NCBI GenBank assembly: GCA_963728205.1
Contig: CAVSIV010000001.1
Span: 896,001 to 960,000 of the forward strand
DNA: 64,000 nucleotides
Direction of reading: 5' to 3'
Origin: an uncultured Chloroflexia bacterium
GTDB taxonomy: Bacteria; Chloroflexota; Dehalococcoidia; UBA2979
The translations under genes were made by a program, and so were the position numbers. The notes beneath the pieces were generated by a model. The model was not told the DNA's origin and did not search any database. It saw only the letters and a program-made list of their open reading frames with translations. Numbering within the stretch: position 1 is the stretch's first letter; every line of letters starts with the position of its first letter. This document shows positions 62,847 to 64,000 of the stretch, piece by piece.

Positions 62847-62882
62847 ATCGACGGGGACGGGGGATTGGATGGAGGAACGCAC

Positions 62883-63725
62883 ATGACCACCACCCGCCGC
62901 AGCGCCGAGCATCGCGTCACCGCCTTCCTCGACGGCCCCGACTCCCCGGACATCCGCAACGTCATCCACTCCACGGACGGCGCGAAGGAGTACGGCTACA
63001 CCGCCGCGCTTGTCGGCGGCGTCACCGTCTACGGGTGGGCGACGCCCACGATCGTCGAGGCGCTCGGCGCGGGCTGGCTCGAGCGCGGGTGGGCGGAGAT
63101 CGCGTTTCGTCACCCGACCTACCCCGGCGATGAGCTGACCGTGCGCGTCGAGCCGTCCGCGGACGCCGGCGACACCTGGTCGCTGCGCATGACGAAGCAG
63201 GACGGCGCCGACGCCGTGGTCGGCACGCTCGGGCTCGGCGACGCGCCGTGGCTCGGCGACCTGCACGACACCGCACGCCGCGTCGCCGAGGCCGCGCCGG
63301 CGACGCTGCCACGCCTCACGATGGACGTCGCGCCGGTCGACCAGGACCTGCGGCCGATGGCCGTGTCGGCGTCGGCCGAGGAGATGCGCGCGTACGCGCT
63401 CGGCAAGCAGCGCTCGCAGGCCCCGCGCTTCATCGGCGAGCGGCCGCTGCTGCACCCGGGCTGGATCGCGGCGCGCATGACGCCGCTGCTGCACCACTCG
63501 TACGACTACGGCCCGGCGATCCACGCGAAGAGCCACATCCAGCACCTCGCGCGCGCGGAGTCGGGGCAGTCGGTCACCGTCGCCGGGCACTTCGTCGAGA
63601 CCTACGAGCGCAAGGGGCACCACTACGGCGTGATCGACGGCGTCATCCTCGCCGCCGACGGCACGGAGCTCGCGCGCCTGCGCCACACGACGATCTACGA
63701 GGTCGCGAAGCGGGGCGAGGGCTAG
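62883..63725 (+). CDS. Putative double hotdog-fold (MaoC-like) protein
   Basis: NVIHSTDGAKEYGYTAALVGGV resembles the MaoC N-x-I-H motif; FRHPTYPGD; YERKGHHY. Confidence 0.65.
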   Translation: MTTTRRSAEHRVTAFLDGPDSPDIRNVIHSTDGAKEYGYTAALVGGVTVYGWATPTIVEALGAGWLERGWAEIAFRHPTYPGDELTVRVEPSADAGDTWSLRMTKQDGADAVVGTLGLGDAPWLGDLHDTARRVAEAAPATLPRLTMDVAPVDQDLRPMAVSASAEEMRAYALGKQRSQAPRFIGERPLLHPGWIAARMTPLLHHSYDYGPAIHAKSHIQHLARAESGQSVTVAGHFVETYERKGHHYGVIDGVILAADGTELARLRHTTIYEVAKRGEG

Positions 63726-63731
63726 CCGCCG

Positions 63732-64000
63732 ATGGCCGACGCGCCGCGGCCCCGCGCGCTCGACGACCTGCGCGTCCTCGACCTCTCGACGTCGTTCGCG
63801 GGCGCCTGGTGCTCGCGCCTCCTCGCCGACTACGGCGCCGACGTGATCGCGGTCGAGCCGCGCGCCGGCCACCCGCTGCGCCGGCTCGCGCCGTTCACCG
63901 ACGACGGCCGCAGCATCCCCGCGCTCGCCGCGCTCGCGAACAAGCGCGTGGTCGCGCTCGACGTCGACGACCCGCGCGCGGGGCGGCTGGTGTGGGAGCT
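63732..64000 (+). CDS. Class III CoA-transferase (5' part; runs off window)
   Basis: ALDDLRVLDLS...AGAWCSRLLADYGADVIAVEP...ANKR. Confidence 0.85.
   Translation, partial: MADAPRPRALDDLRVLDLSTSFAGAWCSRLLADYGADVIAVEPRAGHPLRRLAPFTDDGRSIPALAALANKRVVALDVDDPRAGRLVWE

Overview
Very GC-rich, gene-dense bacterial chromosome segment. It is most plausibly from a Chloroflexota/Dehalococcoidia-like lineage; this is inferred only from gene order (tig-clpP-clpX-tlyA-nadK-argA-nudix; yvcK-secG-peptide SBP) and a lipoprotein cupredoxin. Housekeeping genes dominate 1-49 kb: selB, hemW, non-discriminating aspS, oppABC, fumC/mdh/icd, an acyl-CoA carboxyltransferase, hydantoinase/oxoprolinase A+B, an ABC-F ATPase, rplY, rlmN, fmt, gatB and rarA. 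From 49-64 kb the content is accessory catabolism and resistance. No rRNA, tRNA, CRISPR array, transposase or integrase was seen. Main observations: (1) two families of intergenic palindromic REP/REPIN-like elements, one separating consecutive genes at 51-56 kb; (2) an erm-like rRNA methyltransferase bracketed by two near-identical inverted copies of that element, with an overlapping out-of-frame SD-led ORF carrying an R-V-R macrolide-arrest-type motif; (3) a candidate PTS-independent amino-sugar-acid pathway (FGGY kinase, deacetylase, DgaE-like lyase, Eda, MBL hydrolase, SDR); (4) a probable CTG start for mdh, at least seven leaderless-type genes, a 171-nt nested hairpin after clpX, and several frameshifted accessory genes. 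All calls come from reading motifs by eye; no database search was run.
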